The notes beneath the pieces are model-generated. The model had not been told where the DNA came from, did no database searches, and worked only from the letters and a program-made list of their open reading frames with translations. DNA of 64,000 nt from Gemmatimonadaceae bacterium (GTDB lineage: Bacteria > Gemmatimonadota > Gemmatimonadetes > Gemmatimonadales > Gemmatimonadaceae): the NCBI GenBank assembly GCA_036488775.1, contig DASXHF010000186.1, positions 1,246 through 65,245 on the forward strand. Reading direction: 5' to 3'. The translations under genes and the position numbers were made by a program. Numbering within the stretch: position 1 is the first letter of the stretch; each line of letters opens with the position of its first letter. This document shows positions 27,660 to 36,639 of the stretch, in pieces.

Positions 27660-28916
27660 ATGGCCCTCGCGCAGCAGCGCCTGCACGCGATGCGAGAGGG
27701 GGTGCTCATCGCCCTCGATTCCATCAAGTCCAACAAGGTTCGCGCGGGCCTCACCATCCTCGGGGTCGCCGTGGGGGTGTTCGTCGTGGTCGTCATCTCG
27801 GCGGCCATCCACGGCATCAACGCCAGCGTCGCCAAGGACTTCGAGAGCACCGGTCCCACCACGTTCTTCGTCTCCCGTTTTCCGATCAGCTTCGAGCGGT
27901 GTGACGGCACGGATGCCACGTGCAAGTTCCTGCACAATCCGCCGCTCACGCTGGCCGACGTCGACGCCCTCGAACAGTTGCGCACGGTCCGGGTGGCGGG
28001 AGCCCGGAACGACATCTCCAAGCCGGTCGCGTACAAGGACAGGCGGCTCACTGGCGTGCAGGTGAGCGCGTTCACCGCCAACTGGCAGCAGCTCGACGGC
28101 GGCGGCGACATCTTCCCCGGGCGCAACTTCACGCCGGCGGAAGCCAAGGGCGGCGCGCGCGTCGTCGTGATCAACGACGACCTGGCCAAGAGCCTGTTCG
28201 GGGAATCGGATCCGCTCAACAAGACGATCCAGCTGGGGGATCAACCGTTTCTGGTGCTGGGCATCTATCACTACAAGGCGAGCTTCCTGGCCGGTGGCGA
28301 TAGTCCGCGAGCAATCATCCCGATCGAATCAGCGCGCAAGCATCTGGACGCATCGTACGACAACGTCGGCCTCGCGGTCATCCCGGCCACCGACGCCACG
28401 CGCGCCGATGCAATCGACGATGTCATCGCGACGATGCGGGCGCGCCGGCGCCTGCGCCCGTCGGCCGACAATACCTTCGCCATCATCACGCAGGATCAGC
28501 TGTTCGACGTCTACAACAAGATCTTCGGCACCTTCTTCCTCGTGATGTTCGTGCTGTCCGCGGTGGGCCTGATCGTCGGCGGCGTCGGCGTCATCGCGAT
28601 CATGATGATCTCGGTCACCGAGCGCACGCGCGAGATCGGTGTGCGCAAGGCGCTCGGCGCGACGCGCGGCACCATCCTCTTCCAGTTCCTCGTGGAGGCC
28701 GTGACGATGACCGGGATCGGCGCGATCATCGGCCTCGTCGTCGGCGCTCTCGTTTCGTTCGTGATCGCCCACACGACGCCGGTGGCGGCCAGCGTCCCGC
28801 CCCTTGCAGTCCTCGCGGCGCTACTGACGAGCTGCGTGACGGGCATCCTCTTCGGAATGCTCCCGGCCGCCAAGGCGGCGCGGCTGGATCCGGTCGCGGC
28901 ACTGCGATACGAGTAG
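27660..28916 (+). CDS. FtsX/MacB-type ABC permease, type B (P2)
   Basis: Starts 3 nt after the P1 stop. ALDSIKSNKVRAGLTILGVAVGVF...MMISVTERTREIGVRKALGA...RLDPVAALRYE. Confidence 0.85.
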   Translation: MALAQQRLHAMREGVLIALDSIKSNKVRAGLTILGVAVGVFVVVVISAAIHGINASVAKDFESTGPTTFFVSRFPISFERCDGTDATCKFLHNPPLTLADVDALEQLRTVRVAGARNDISKPVAYKDRRLTGVQVSAFTANWQQLDGGGDIFPGRNFTPAEAKGGARVVVINDDLAKSLFGESDPLNKTIQLGDQPFLVLGIYHYKASFLAGGDSPRAIIPIESARKHLDASYDNVGLAVIPATDATRADAIDDVIATMRARRRLRPSADNTFAIITQDQLFDVYNKIFGTFFLVMFVLSAVGLIVGGVGVIAIMMISVTERTREIGVRKALGATRGTILFQFLVEAVTMTGIGAIIGLVVGALVSFVIAHTTPVAASVPPLAVLAALLTSCVTGILFGMLPAAKAARLDPVAALRYE

Positions 28917-28996
28917 CGAACGTCTCGGGGGCCTCGCCTGACACTTTCCGCCCCGGCGCCCGTAGGGCCCGCACCACCCTCTCCCGGCGGATCCGC

Positions 28997-30235
28997 ATGC
29001 CGTTCCACGAAGCCATCCGGCTCGCCCTCCAGCAGATTCGCGTCCAGAAGCTCAAGAGCTTCTTCACGCTGATCGGGGTGATGATCGGGGTCACCTTCCT
29101 CATCGCCGTCGTGTCGATCGTCACCGGCATGAGCAAGTACATGGAGGAGGACTTCGCGGGACGGCTCCTCGGCGCCAACACCTTCACGCTGCGGCGATTC
29201 CCCTGGTTCGGGAACAACGTGACGATGGAGCAGTGGCGCGAGTGGCAGCGGCGGCCCCGCGTCTACCACTCCGACGTCGACATCATCCGGAATGCGCTGC
29301 CCACCGGCACCCGATACGCCGTCGAGAGCGAGGAGAATCTGTGGGCGAGCACCCCCTACGCCCGGCCGCGCCAGGTCGATGCCCATGCGGTCGAGGGAGA
29401 CTACTTCACGATCAAGAAGTACGATCTCACGAGCGGACGGGTGTTCACCCAACAAGAGGCCGAGCTGGGCACGCCGGTGGTCGTGATCGGTGACGAAGTC
29501 GCGAAGTTTTTCTTTCCAGGGCTCAATCCCGTCGGACGAGCGCTACGCATCGGGGGGATTCCGTACGCCGTGATCGGCGTGATCGAGCATCAAGGGAACC
29601 TGTTCGGCATCTCCCTCGACAAGACCGCGTTCGCGCCGTTCAACTCCCCGTTGCATCGCCTCACCAATCCGCGGGGCGACATCGATGGCCTCATGGTGCA
29701 GGCGTCGAACGAGGTGATGATGAACGATGCGATGGAGACGGTGCGCGAGGTGATGCGCGGCCATCGCAAGCTGCGTCCCGGCACGGAGGACAACTTCGTG
29801 ATGGAGACGTCGGCCACGGCGCTGGCGGGCTTCGAGAAGGTGCGAAGCGTGATGACCATCGCCGGCACGGCGCTGCCGGCGATCGGCCTCGTGGTCGGCG
29901 GGCTCGTGATCATGAACATCATGCTGGTCGCCGTGGCCGAGCGCACGCGCGAGATCGGCATTCGCAAGTCGCTGGGCGCGCGGCGCAAGGACATCCTGCG
30001 CCAGTTCCTCGTCGAGAGCGCGACGCTCAGCACCTTCGGCGCGGTGCTCGGCATCGTGCTCGGCATCCTCGGCGCGAAGATCATCTCGTGGAACACCCCG
30101 CTTCCCGCGTCGGTGGCGCCATGGTCGCTCGTCGTCGCGACGCTGCTCGGCACGGTCGTCGGCATCGTCTCGGGGATGTATCCCGCGCGCCGCGCCGCGT
30201 CGCTCGATCCCATCGACGCACTGCGCGCGGAGTAG
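28997..30235 (+). CDS. FtsX/MacB-type ABC permease, type A' (P3)
   Basis: The N- and C-terminal TM regions are nearly the same as in P1 (MPFHEAIRLALQQIRVQKLKSFFTLIGVMIGV...IGIRKSLGA...LDPIDALRAE). The periplasmic part has diverged. Confidence 0.85.
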   Translation: MPFHEAIRLALQQIRVQKLKSFFTLIGVMIGVTFLIAVVSIVTGMSKYMEEDFAGRLLGANTFTLRRFPWFGNNVTMEQWREWQRRPRVYHSDVDIIRNALPTGTRYAVESEENLWASTPYARPRQVDAHAVEGDYFTIKKYDLTSGRVFTQQEAELGTPVVVIGDEVAKFFFPGLNPVGRALRIGGIPYAVIGVIEHQGNLFGISLDKTAFAPFNSPLHRLTNPRGDIDGLMVQASNEVMMNDAMETVREVMRGHRKLRPGTEDNFVMETSATALAGFEKVRSVMTIAGTALPAIGLVVGGLVIMNIMLVAVAERTREIGIRKSLGARRKDILRQFLVESATLSTFGAVLGIVLGILGAKIISWNTPLPASVAPWSLVVATLLGTVVGIVSGMYPARRAASLDPIDALRAE

Positions 30236-30238
30236 CTC

Positions 30239-31513
30239 ATGCGAGTGTTCACGCCATTTTCGATGGCCTTCGAGGGCGTCGGCATCGCGATCGACGCACT
30301 GCGCGCCAACAAGGCTCGCGCCGGTCTCACCATCCTCGGCGTCGCCCTGGGTGTCTTCGTCGTCGTCGCGATGTCCGCCGTGGTGCGCGGCATCAACGAC
30401 TCGTTCCGTCGCGACATCGAAGCGGCCGGACCGACGTCGTTCTTCATCTACCGGCGGCCGATCAGCGGGTTTCAGGCGTGCGACGGCACCGACGAGACCT
30501 GCCCCGAACGTCGCAACCCGGCGATCACGCTCGACGAGGTGCACACGATCGAACGTCTGCCGAGCATTCGCGCCGTGACGTCGCATGTCGGCACGAGCGC
30601 GAGCTTCAAGTACAAGGACAAGGTCATCCCGAACGCGGGGATGGAAGCGTACACCCCGAACTGGACCGAGATCGACGGCGGCGACATCTATCCGGGCCGT
30701 AGCTTCACGTACGCCGAGAACGCGACGGGCGCGAAGGTCGTGCTGGTGAACGACAAGCTCGCCGAGCAGCTGTTCGGCACGTCGGAGCCGGTGGACAAGG
30801 TCATCAAGATCAACGATGTCGAGTTCAAGGTGATCGGGTTCTACCATTACACCGCCAGCCCGATGGGCACGCCGACCTCGGCCGGCGGCGGCGACTCGCC
30901 GAAGGCGATCGTGCCGTTCGAGAGTGCGCGGCGGCATCTCAGCCTCTGGATGCGCGGCAACAACCTCATCGTGAAGCCGCACACCGGCGTCTCGGTGGAG
31001 GACGCGGTCGACGACGTGACGGCCGCGCTGCGCGGGCGCCGCGGACTTCGGCCGGGTCAGAAGAACAACTTCGACATCGTCACCCAGGATCGTCTCTGGG
31101 CGATCTACCAGAAGCTCTTCGGGACCTTCTTCGTCGTCGGGCTCGCGCTGTCGTCGGTCGGACTGCTCGTCGGCGGCGTCGGCGTCGTGGCGATCATGAT
31201 GATCTCCGTCACCGAACGGACGCGGGAGATCGGGGTGCGGAAGGCACTGGGCGCTACGAAGTGGACGATCCTGTGGCAGTTCCTGGTGGAAGCGGTGACG
31301 CTGACAGGCATTGGCGCGGCGCTGGGCCTCGCGCTCGGCATGCTCGTCGCGTTCGGCGTGCGAACGGCGTGGCCCGCGATCCCGGCCGCAACGTCGTGGG
31401 GCAACGTCGCCGCCGCACTCGGCATCAGCGCGGTGACCGGCATCCTGTTCGGGATGCTGCCGGCGGTGCGCGCGGCACGGCTGGACCCCGTCGTGGCGCT
31501 ACGGTACGAGTAA
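30239..31513 (+). CDS. FtsX/MacB-type ABC permease, type B' (P4)
   Basis: Starts 3 nt after the P3 stop. It resembles P2 (AIDALRANKARAGLTILGVALGVF...MMISVTERTREIGVRKALGA...RLDPVVALRYE). Confidence 0.85.
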   Translation: MRVFTPFSMAFEGVGIAIDALRANKARAGLTILGVALGVFVVVAMSAVVRGINDSFRRDIEAAGPTSFFIYRRPISGFQACDGTDETCPERRNPAITLDEVHTIERLPSIRAVTSHVGTSASFKYKDKVIPNAGMEAYTPNWTEIDGGDIYPGRSFTYAENATGAKVVLVNDKLAEQLFGTSEPVDKVIKINDVEFKVIGFYHYTASPMGTPTSAGGGDSPKAIVPFESARRHLSLWMRGNNLIVKPHTGVSVEDAVDDVTAALRGRRGLRPGQKNNFDIVTQDRLWAIYQKLFGTFFVVGLALSSVGLLVGGVGVVAIMMISVTERTREIGVRKALGATKWTILWQFLVEAVTLTGIGAALGLALGMLVAFGVRTAWPAIPAATSWGNVAAALGISAVTGILFGMLPAVRAARLDPVVALRYE

Positions 31514-31574
31514 CACGGGGTGAACGAGCTCCTCGCCTGACCGCCGCGCTGGCGGTCGGCTATATTCCCAGCCC

Positions 31575-32300
31575 ATGCTCCCCGACCCCGTGGACATCCT
31601 CGCCGTCGCCGCTCATCGCGACGACATCGAGCTGACGTGCGGCGGGACGCTCCTCAAGGCAGCCAGGCAGGGCCGGCGCACGGCGATCCTCGATCTCACC
31701 CAGGGTGAGATGGGCACACGCGGCTCGGCCGAGCTTCGCGCCGACGAGGCGTCACGCGCCGCGGAGATCCTCGGCGTCGCCGCGCGCGAGACGTTGGGCC
31801 TCCCCGATGCGGGCATCGAGAACACCGTAGCGACCCGCGAAGCACTCGCGCGCGTCATCCGGCGATTTCGTCCGCGCGTCGTCATCGCACCGGCGATGGA
31901 AGGCCGGCATCCCGACCATCGCATCACGGCGCAACTCGTGCGCGACGCCTGCTTCGTGGCGGGGCTCGCCAAGGTCGTCCCCGACGTTCCCAAGCATCGC
32001 CCGTTGAAGATTCTTCACTGCCTCACATACCGGCAGGATTTCCTGCGCCCGAGCTTCGTCGTCGACATCAGCGAGGAGTTCGAGCAGAAGCTGGCGGCGG
32101 TGCGATGTTACCACTCGCAGTTCGAGGGCGCGCTCCAGGCCGGCGAGGTGTATCCGACCGGCGAGCCGCTCTACGACGTCGTCACGCACTACGCGGCGTT
32201 CTATGGCTCGCTGATTCGCACCCGGTACGGCGAGCCGTTCTTCACCACCGAGATGATGCGCGTCGACGACGTGTGCTCGCTCGAGGTCGCGACCTTTTGA
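31575..32300 (+). CDS. bshB1: LmbE/PIG-L family deacetylase, BshB1-like (bacillithiol biosynthesis)
   Basis: VDILAVAAHRDDIELTCGGTL...DLTQGEMGTRG...HPDH...CYHSQF...YGEPF closely follows the BshB1 pattern as I recall it. Confidence 0.7.
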   Translation: MLPDPVDILAVAAHRDDIELTCGGTLLKAARQGRRTAILDLTQGEMGTRGSAELRADEASRAAEILGVAARETLGLPDAGIENTVATREALARVIRRFRPRVVIAPAMEGRHPDHRITAQLVRDACFVAGLAKVVPDVPKHRPLKILHCLTYRQDFLRPSFVVDISEEFEQKLAAVRCYHSQFEGALQAGEVYPTGEPLYDVVTHYAAFYGSLIRTRYGEPFFTTEMMRVDDVCSLEVATF

Positions 32301-33049
32301 GCGCCGACCCGTCGAGCGAGGTCACGTACGGATCGTACCTCGCGCTCGACTCGCTGCTCGGCCTGCAGCATCCCCGCTCCGAGCATCCCGACGAGCTGCT
32401 GTTCATCGTCGTCCATCAGGCGAGTGAGCTCTGGTTCAAGGAGATCCTGCACGAGCTCGAGCTCCTCGTCGGCGCGTTCACGTCGCACGAGGCCGAGTTC
32501 GCGTTGTTCTTCATGGGGCGCATCAACGCGCTCATGCGCATCGTGTCGGCGCAGCTGTCGGCACTCGAGACCCTTCCGCCGCAGCACTTCGCCGAGTTCC
32601 GCCAGCATCTCGGGACGTCGAGCGGATCGCAGAGCATTCAGTTTCGCGCCATCGAGGCGGCGTCCGGACTCCGCGAGCCGCACTTTCTGCGCGTGCTCCG
32701 GCAGCACGGCCAGATCCCGCCGCTCGTACAGCGATGGCTCGATCGGCCGACCCTGCAGGATCTCTTCCTCGATCTGCTGCGGGCGCAACACGTAGAGCTC
32801 GAATCGCTGTACACGGGCGAGCGGCCGACGACGTTGTTCTTTCTCGCCGAGGCGCTGCTCGAATACGAGCAGCAGTTCGGACAATGGCGCTTCAAGCACG
32901 TGCAGCTCGTCGAGCGCGTGCTCGGCACTTCCACCGGCGGCACCGGGGGAACGCTCGGCGCGCGGTACCTCGCAAGCACGATCGACCAGAAGTTCTTCCC
33001 CGCTCTCTGGGCCGTGCGCGCCAAGTTCTACGGCACCGCCGCCCGATGA
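32273..33049 (+). CDS. kynA: tryptophan 2,3-dioxygenase
   Basis: TYGSYLALDSLLGLQHP.SEHPDELLFIVVHQASELWFK is the bacterial TDO signature. The start is ambiguous (GTG at 32273 or TTG at 32297); both overlap the 3' end of bshB1. Confidence 0.85.
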   Translation: MLARGRDLLSADPSSEVTYGSYLALDSLLGLQHPRSEHPDELLFIVVHQASELWFKEILHELELLVGAFTSHEAEFALFFMGRINALMRIVSAQLSALETLPPQHFAEFRQHLGTSSGSQSIQFRAIEAASGLREPHFLRVLRQHGQIPPLVQRWLDRPTLQDLFLDLLRAQHVELESLYTGERPTTLFFLAEALLEYEQQFGQWRFKHVQLVERVLGTSTGGTGGTLGARYLASTIDQKFFPALWAVRAKFYGTAAR

Positions 33050-33672
33050 TCCACGACATCTCGGTCGTGGTTCGGCCGGGGACCCCGGAATGGCCCGGCG
33101 ACGTTCCGTTCAGCTGCGGCTGGACCTGTCGGCTCGCCGACGGCGCGAGCGTCAATCTGTCGCACATCGCGGGAAGCCCGCATGTCGGGACGCACGCCGA
33201 CGCGCCGGTCCATGTGCGCGACGGCTGGCCCGCGAGCGACGAGCTGCCACTCGAGCCGTTTCTCGGCCCCGCGTTGCTGCTCGACGTGAGCGACACCCCG
33301 AGCGGCGAACTCTCGTTGCGAGCCGATGATCCGCGTCTCGATGGGTGTGAACGGCTGCTGCTGCGCACCGGACGGAGCATCGCGTCCGGCGGCTTTCCGC
33401 CAGCGTGGCCATACCTCGGAGCGTCCGCGGCCCGCGATCTCACCAGCCGAGGCGTTCGTCTCGTCGGCACCGATGCGCCGTCGGTGGATCAACGCGAGAG
33501 CAAGACGCTGGAGGTTCATCGCGCGCTCTTTGGCGGCGGCGCCTACGTGCTCGAGAACCTCGATCTGCACGATCTGGCCCCGGGAACGTACGACCTCATC
33601 GCTCTGCCGCAGCGGCTCGGGGGGCTCGACGCGGCGCCAGTGCGGGCGGCGCTGAAAGACCGTGAACCGTGA
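33046..33672 (+). CDS. kynB: kynurenine formamidase (cyclase family)
   Basis: HVGTHADAPVH motif. 208 aa. The ATG overlaps the kynA stop (ATGA). Confidence 0.8.
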   Translation: MIHDISVVVRPGTPEWPGDVPFSCGWTCRLADGASVNLSHIAGSPHVGTHADAPVHVRDGWPASDELPLEPFLGPALLLDVSDTPSGELSLRADDPRLDGCERLLLRTGRSIASGGFPPAWPYLGASAARDLTSRGVRLVGTDAPSVDQRESKTLEVHRALFGGGAYVLENLDLHDLAPGTYDLIALPQRLGGLDAAPVRAALKDREP

Positions 33673-33681
33673 GCCGTAGTT

Positions 33682-33703
33682 GACCGGCTGACTGGTCGAC
33701 TGA
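33682..33703. repeat. intergenic repeat core GACCGGCTGACTGGTCGACTGA
   Basis: 20/22 identical to the reverse complement of 17795-17816. It is embedded in a 130-bp non-coding stretch (33673-33802) built from GTCAAC / GACCG / TCACCG words. Confidence 0.55.
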
Positions 33704-33802
33704 CCCGTCATCTAGTCAACGACTGACCGCTCACCGTCAACGGTTCATGCTTCTCCGTTCACCGGTTTCTCCCTTTCTCCTAAGTCGTTAGCTTTCAACC
33801 GT

Positions 33803-34963
33803 ATGCCCGACCCTGTCTACCTCGACCACGCCGCCACGACCCCCGTCAGGCCGGAGGTGCTGGACGCGATGCAGCCGTTCTTCGGCCCGCGCTTCGGTAA
33901 CCCGTCCAGCGTGCATCGGTGGGGACGCGAGGCGCGGGCCGCGCTCGACGAGGCGCGCGAGCGGGTGGCGCGGTGTCTCGGCGCGCGGCCCGATGAGCTT
34001 TGTTTCACGTCGTGCGGCACGGAGGCGGACAACATGGCCGTCCTTGGCGTCTGGCGCGCGCGACGCCGCGATGGCGCACGGACGGCCGTCGTCTCCACGC
34101 CCATCGAGCACAAGGCGGTTCTCGCGGCCGTGCACGAGGCAGCGCACGAGGGCGGCGAGGAGCGCTACGTCGCGATGCGCCCGTCGGGCCTCGTCGACCG
34201 CGCTTCGTTCGATTCCCTGATCGACGAGCGGGTCGCGATCTGCTCGGTGATGTGGGTCAACAACGAGATCGGCGTGATGCAGGATGTGCACGCATTGGCC
34301 GAACATGCCCGGTCGCGCGGTGTCGTATTTCACACCGACGCCGTACAGGCGTTCGGCAAGGCGGAGATCGATGCGCAGCGCACCCCGTTCGACATGCTCT
34401 CCATCTCCGGGCACAAGATCGGCGCGCCGAAGGGGATCGGTGCGCTGTACATCCGTCGCGGCACACCGATGGAGCCGCTGATGTTCGGCGGTACGCAGGA
34501 CCGCGGTCGCCGCCCGGGAACCGAAAACGTCGCGATGGCCGTCGGGTTGGCGCGCGCCGCAGAGCTCGCGGTGGCCGAGCGGGCGCACGAGTGGGCAAAG
34601 CTCGAAGCCATGCGTGACCGGCTGGAAGCGGCGTTTCTCGCGCGCATCCCGGACGCGGTGATCCATGGGCGCAGCGCACCGCGTGCGCCGCACATCACCA
34701 ACGTCTCCGTCCCGGGGACTGACAGCGAGTCGCTGCTGATGGCGCTCGACCTGCGGGGCGTCGCGTGCTCGGCGGGATCGGCATGCCAGAGCGGGAGCGT
34801 GTCACCGTCGCACGTGCTCGCCGCGATCGGCGTCGCGCCGGACCTCGCGAGCGCGGCGATTCGCATGAGCCTCGGCGCGCTCACGACCGACGCGTGCATC
34901 GACCGCGTCGCCGAGCTGTTCCCCATGCTGATCGAGAAGGCGCGCCGGCTGGCGCCGTCGTGA
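33803..34963 (+). CDS. cysteine desulfurase (NifS/IscS class V aminotransferase)
   Basis: VYLDHAATTP, SGHKIGAPKGIGALY (PLP-binding lysine) and ACSAGSACQSGS (active-site Cys loop). Confidence 0.9.
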   Translation: MPDPVYLDHAATTPVRPEVLDAMQPFFGPRFGNPSSVHRWGREARAALDEARERVARCLGARPDELCFTSCGTEADNMAVLGVWRARRRDGARTAVVSTPIEHKAVLAAVHEAAHEGGEERYVAMRPSGLVDRASFDSLIDERVAICSVMWVNNEIGVMQDVHALAEHARSRGVVFHTDAVQAFGKAEIDAQRTPFDMLSISGHKIGAPKGIGALYIRRGTPMEPLMFGGTQDRGRRPGTENVAMAVGLARAAELAVAERAHEWAKLEAMRDRLEAAFLARIPDAVIHGRSAPRAPHITNVSVPGTDSESLLMALDLRGVACSAGSACQSGSVSPSHVLAAIGVAPDLASAAIRMSLGALTTDACIDRVAELFPMLIEKARRLAPS

Positions 34964-34970
34964 GCTGCTG

Positions 34971-36068
34971 ATGGCTGAGCGCGTCCTCGTCGCGATGAGT
35001 GGTGGCGTCGATTCGTCGGTGGCCGCGGCGCTGCTCGTGCGCCAGGGATACGACGTCGTCGGCGCGACGATGCGGCTCGGCTGCCATGACGACGCGGCCG
35101 ACCTGCCCGACCGTCCCTGCTGCTCGCTCGACAGCGTGAACGACGCGCGCCGCATCTGCGAGCAGCTGGGCGTGCCGCACTACGTGCTCAATCTCGAGAG
35201 CGCGTTCAACCGCGACGTCGTCGATGATTTCGTGGCCGAGTATGCGCGCGGACGCACGCCGATCCCGTGCGTGCGCTGCAACACGTTCACCAAGTTCCGC
35301 GACCTGCTGCACAAGGCGGACGCGATCGACGCGCGGTGGATCGCGACGGGTCATTACGCGCAGGTCGAGCGCGGCGTGCTGCGCCGCGGCTTGGATCCCA
35401 ACAAGGACCAGTCGTACTTCCTCTGGGGCATCCAGCGCCCGGTGCTGTCGCGGATGCTCCTCCCCGTCGGCGGTCAGACGAAGGCGGAGACCCGCGCCGT
35501 CGCGCACGAGCTCGGACTCGAGCTCATCGCCGAGAAGCCGGAAAGCCAGGACATCTGCTTCGTGCCGGACGGGGATCACGCGAAGGTGATCGCGCGTCGC
35601 CTGGGCGCCACCGCGCCTGCCCTGTCACGCGGCCCGTTCGTCCTGGTCGACGGCAGCGTCGTCGGTGAGCACGAGGGGTTCGCGCGATTCACGGTCGGCC
35701 AGCGCCGCGGCCTGCCCGGCGGATTTCGGGAGCCGATGTTCGTCGTCGAGATCCGCCCCGAGACACGCGCCGTCGTGATCGGCTCGCGCGACGCGCTGGT
35801 CGGGCGCGGGGTCGTGGCGAGCGAAGTGAACTGGCTGCTCGATGCCCCCGCGCTCGGCAGCGAGGTGGAGGTGCAAATCAGACATCGGTCCCGACCGGCA
35901 CGCGGCACGCTGGTGCGCGTGGAACGCGAGAGGGTGGAGATCGCGCTCGAGACCGGTCTCACTGCGATCACACCCGGCCAGTCGATGGTGATGTACGACG
36001 GAGATACGGTGGTCGGCGGAGGCGTGATCGAACGAGCGCGGAAGGACCTGCCCATTCTGGCAGCGTAG
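34971..36068 (+). CDS. mnmA: tRNA 2-thiouridine(34) synthase
   Basis: VLVAMSGGVDSSVAA PP-loop, RTPIPCVRCN, ATGHYA and KDQSYFL. Confidence 0.9.
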   Translation: MAERVLVAMSGGVDSSVAAALLVRQGYDVVGATMRLGCHDDAADLPDRPCCSLDSVNDARRICEQLGVPHYVLNLESAFNRDVVDDFVAEYARGRTPIPCVRCNTFTKFRDLLHKADAIDARWIATGHYAQVERGVLRRGLDPNKDQSYFLWGIQRPVLSRMLLPVGGQTKAETRAVAHELGLELIAEKPESQDICFVPDGDHAKVIARRLGATAPALSRGPFVLVDGSVVGEHEGFARFTVGQRRGLPGGFREPMFVVEIRPETRAVVIGSRDALVGRGVVASEVNWLLDAPALGSEVEVQIRHRSRPARGTLVRVERERVEIALETGLTAITPGQSMVMYDGDTVVGGGVIERARKDLPILAA

Positions 36069-36077
36069 AGCTTTTCC

Positions 36078-36131
36078 GGCCTACGAAGTACCCGGTACGT
36101 GGTAGGAGGTACAGAAGTACCCGGTATTCGG
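36078..36131. repeat. left arm of the long inverted repeat flanking the four-helix-bundle gene
   Basis: Its reverse complement matches 36568-36628: 41/44 matches over the first 44 nt, then a 7-nt indel, then 8 matching terminal nt. The arm is built of GTACC/GGTAC words. Confidence 0.8.
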
Positions 36132-36133
36132 TG

Positions 36134-36508
36134 CTAGTTGGCTCGCGTCGAGCGCTCGCTGGGAAATCGCTCGATCAGTGTGCGGATGCTGCGTCGGATA
36201 GCTGCGGCACGCTCCGCGAGCTCCTCGCAGCGGTGTCCCGGTAGGATCGCCAAGTCTGCCGCCAGCGTGAGATGATGCTCAGTCTCCGCCGCCGACCCCG
36301 CCGCAATCTCTAGGTACCGGATGGTTTCGGCGCGCGACCGCTTGCCGCAGCCCTCAGCGATGTTGGCTCCAATAGACAGTGCGGAGCGCTTGAGCTGGGA
36401 AGTAACGATGCGCTTGTCAGGCTGGGTCGCCGTAGCGCATAGAGCGTGGATCTCGATGGCGAGATACCGCGCGCGAGTCCAGACGGAGAGCTTGCGGAAG
36501 TTGTGCAC
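36134..36508 (-). CDS. four-helix-bundle protein (23S rRNA intervening-sequence protein / Avd-like family)
   Basis: FRKL.VW..A..L...I......P......I.SQL.RSA.SIGANIAEG...S..E...YL.IA.GS..E is the family pattern (PF05635/TIGR02436 as I recall). 124 aa. GC and codon bias are visibly lower than in the neighbours. Confidence 0.85.
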   Translation of the reverse strand: MHNFRKLSVWTRARYLAIEIHALCATATQPDKRIVTSQLKRSALSIGANIAEGCGKRSRAETIRYLEIAAGSAAETEHHLTLAADLAILPGHRCEELAERAAAIRRSIRTLIERFPSERSTRAN

Positions 36509-36567
36509 GCCGAAACTTGGCGATCCTGCCGGCGAGCTGCGTCATCCAAACACTTCCGAGAGGAGCG

Positions 36568-36628
36568 CCGAATACCGGGTACTTTTGTACCTCGTACCAC
36601 GTACCGCGTACGAGATACGACGTAGGCC
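36568..36628. repeat. right arm of the long inverted repeat flanking the four-helix-bundle gene
   Basis: See the left arm. This arm lies 60 nt upstream of the ORF start (36508) and 12 nt downstream of the dnaJ stop (36640). Confidence 0.8.
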
Positions 36629-36639
36629 GAAATGCACAC

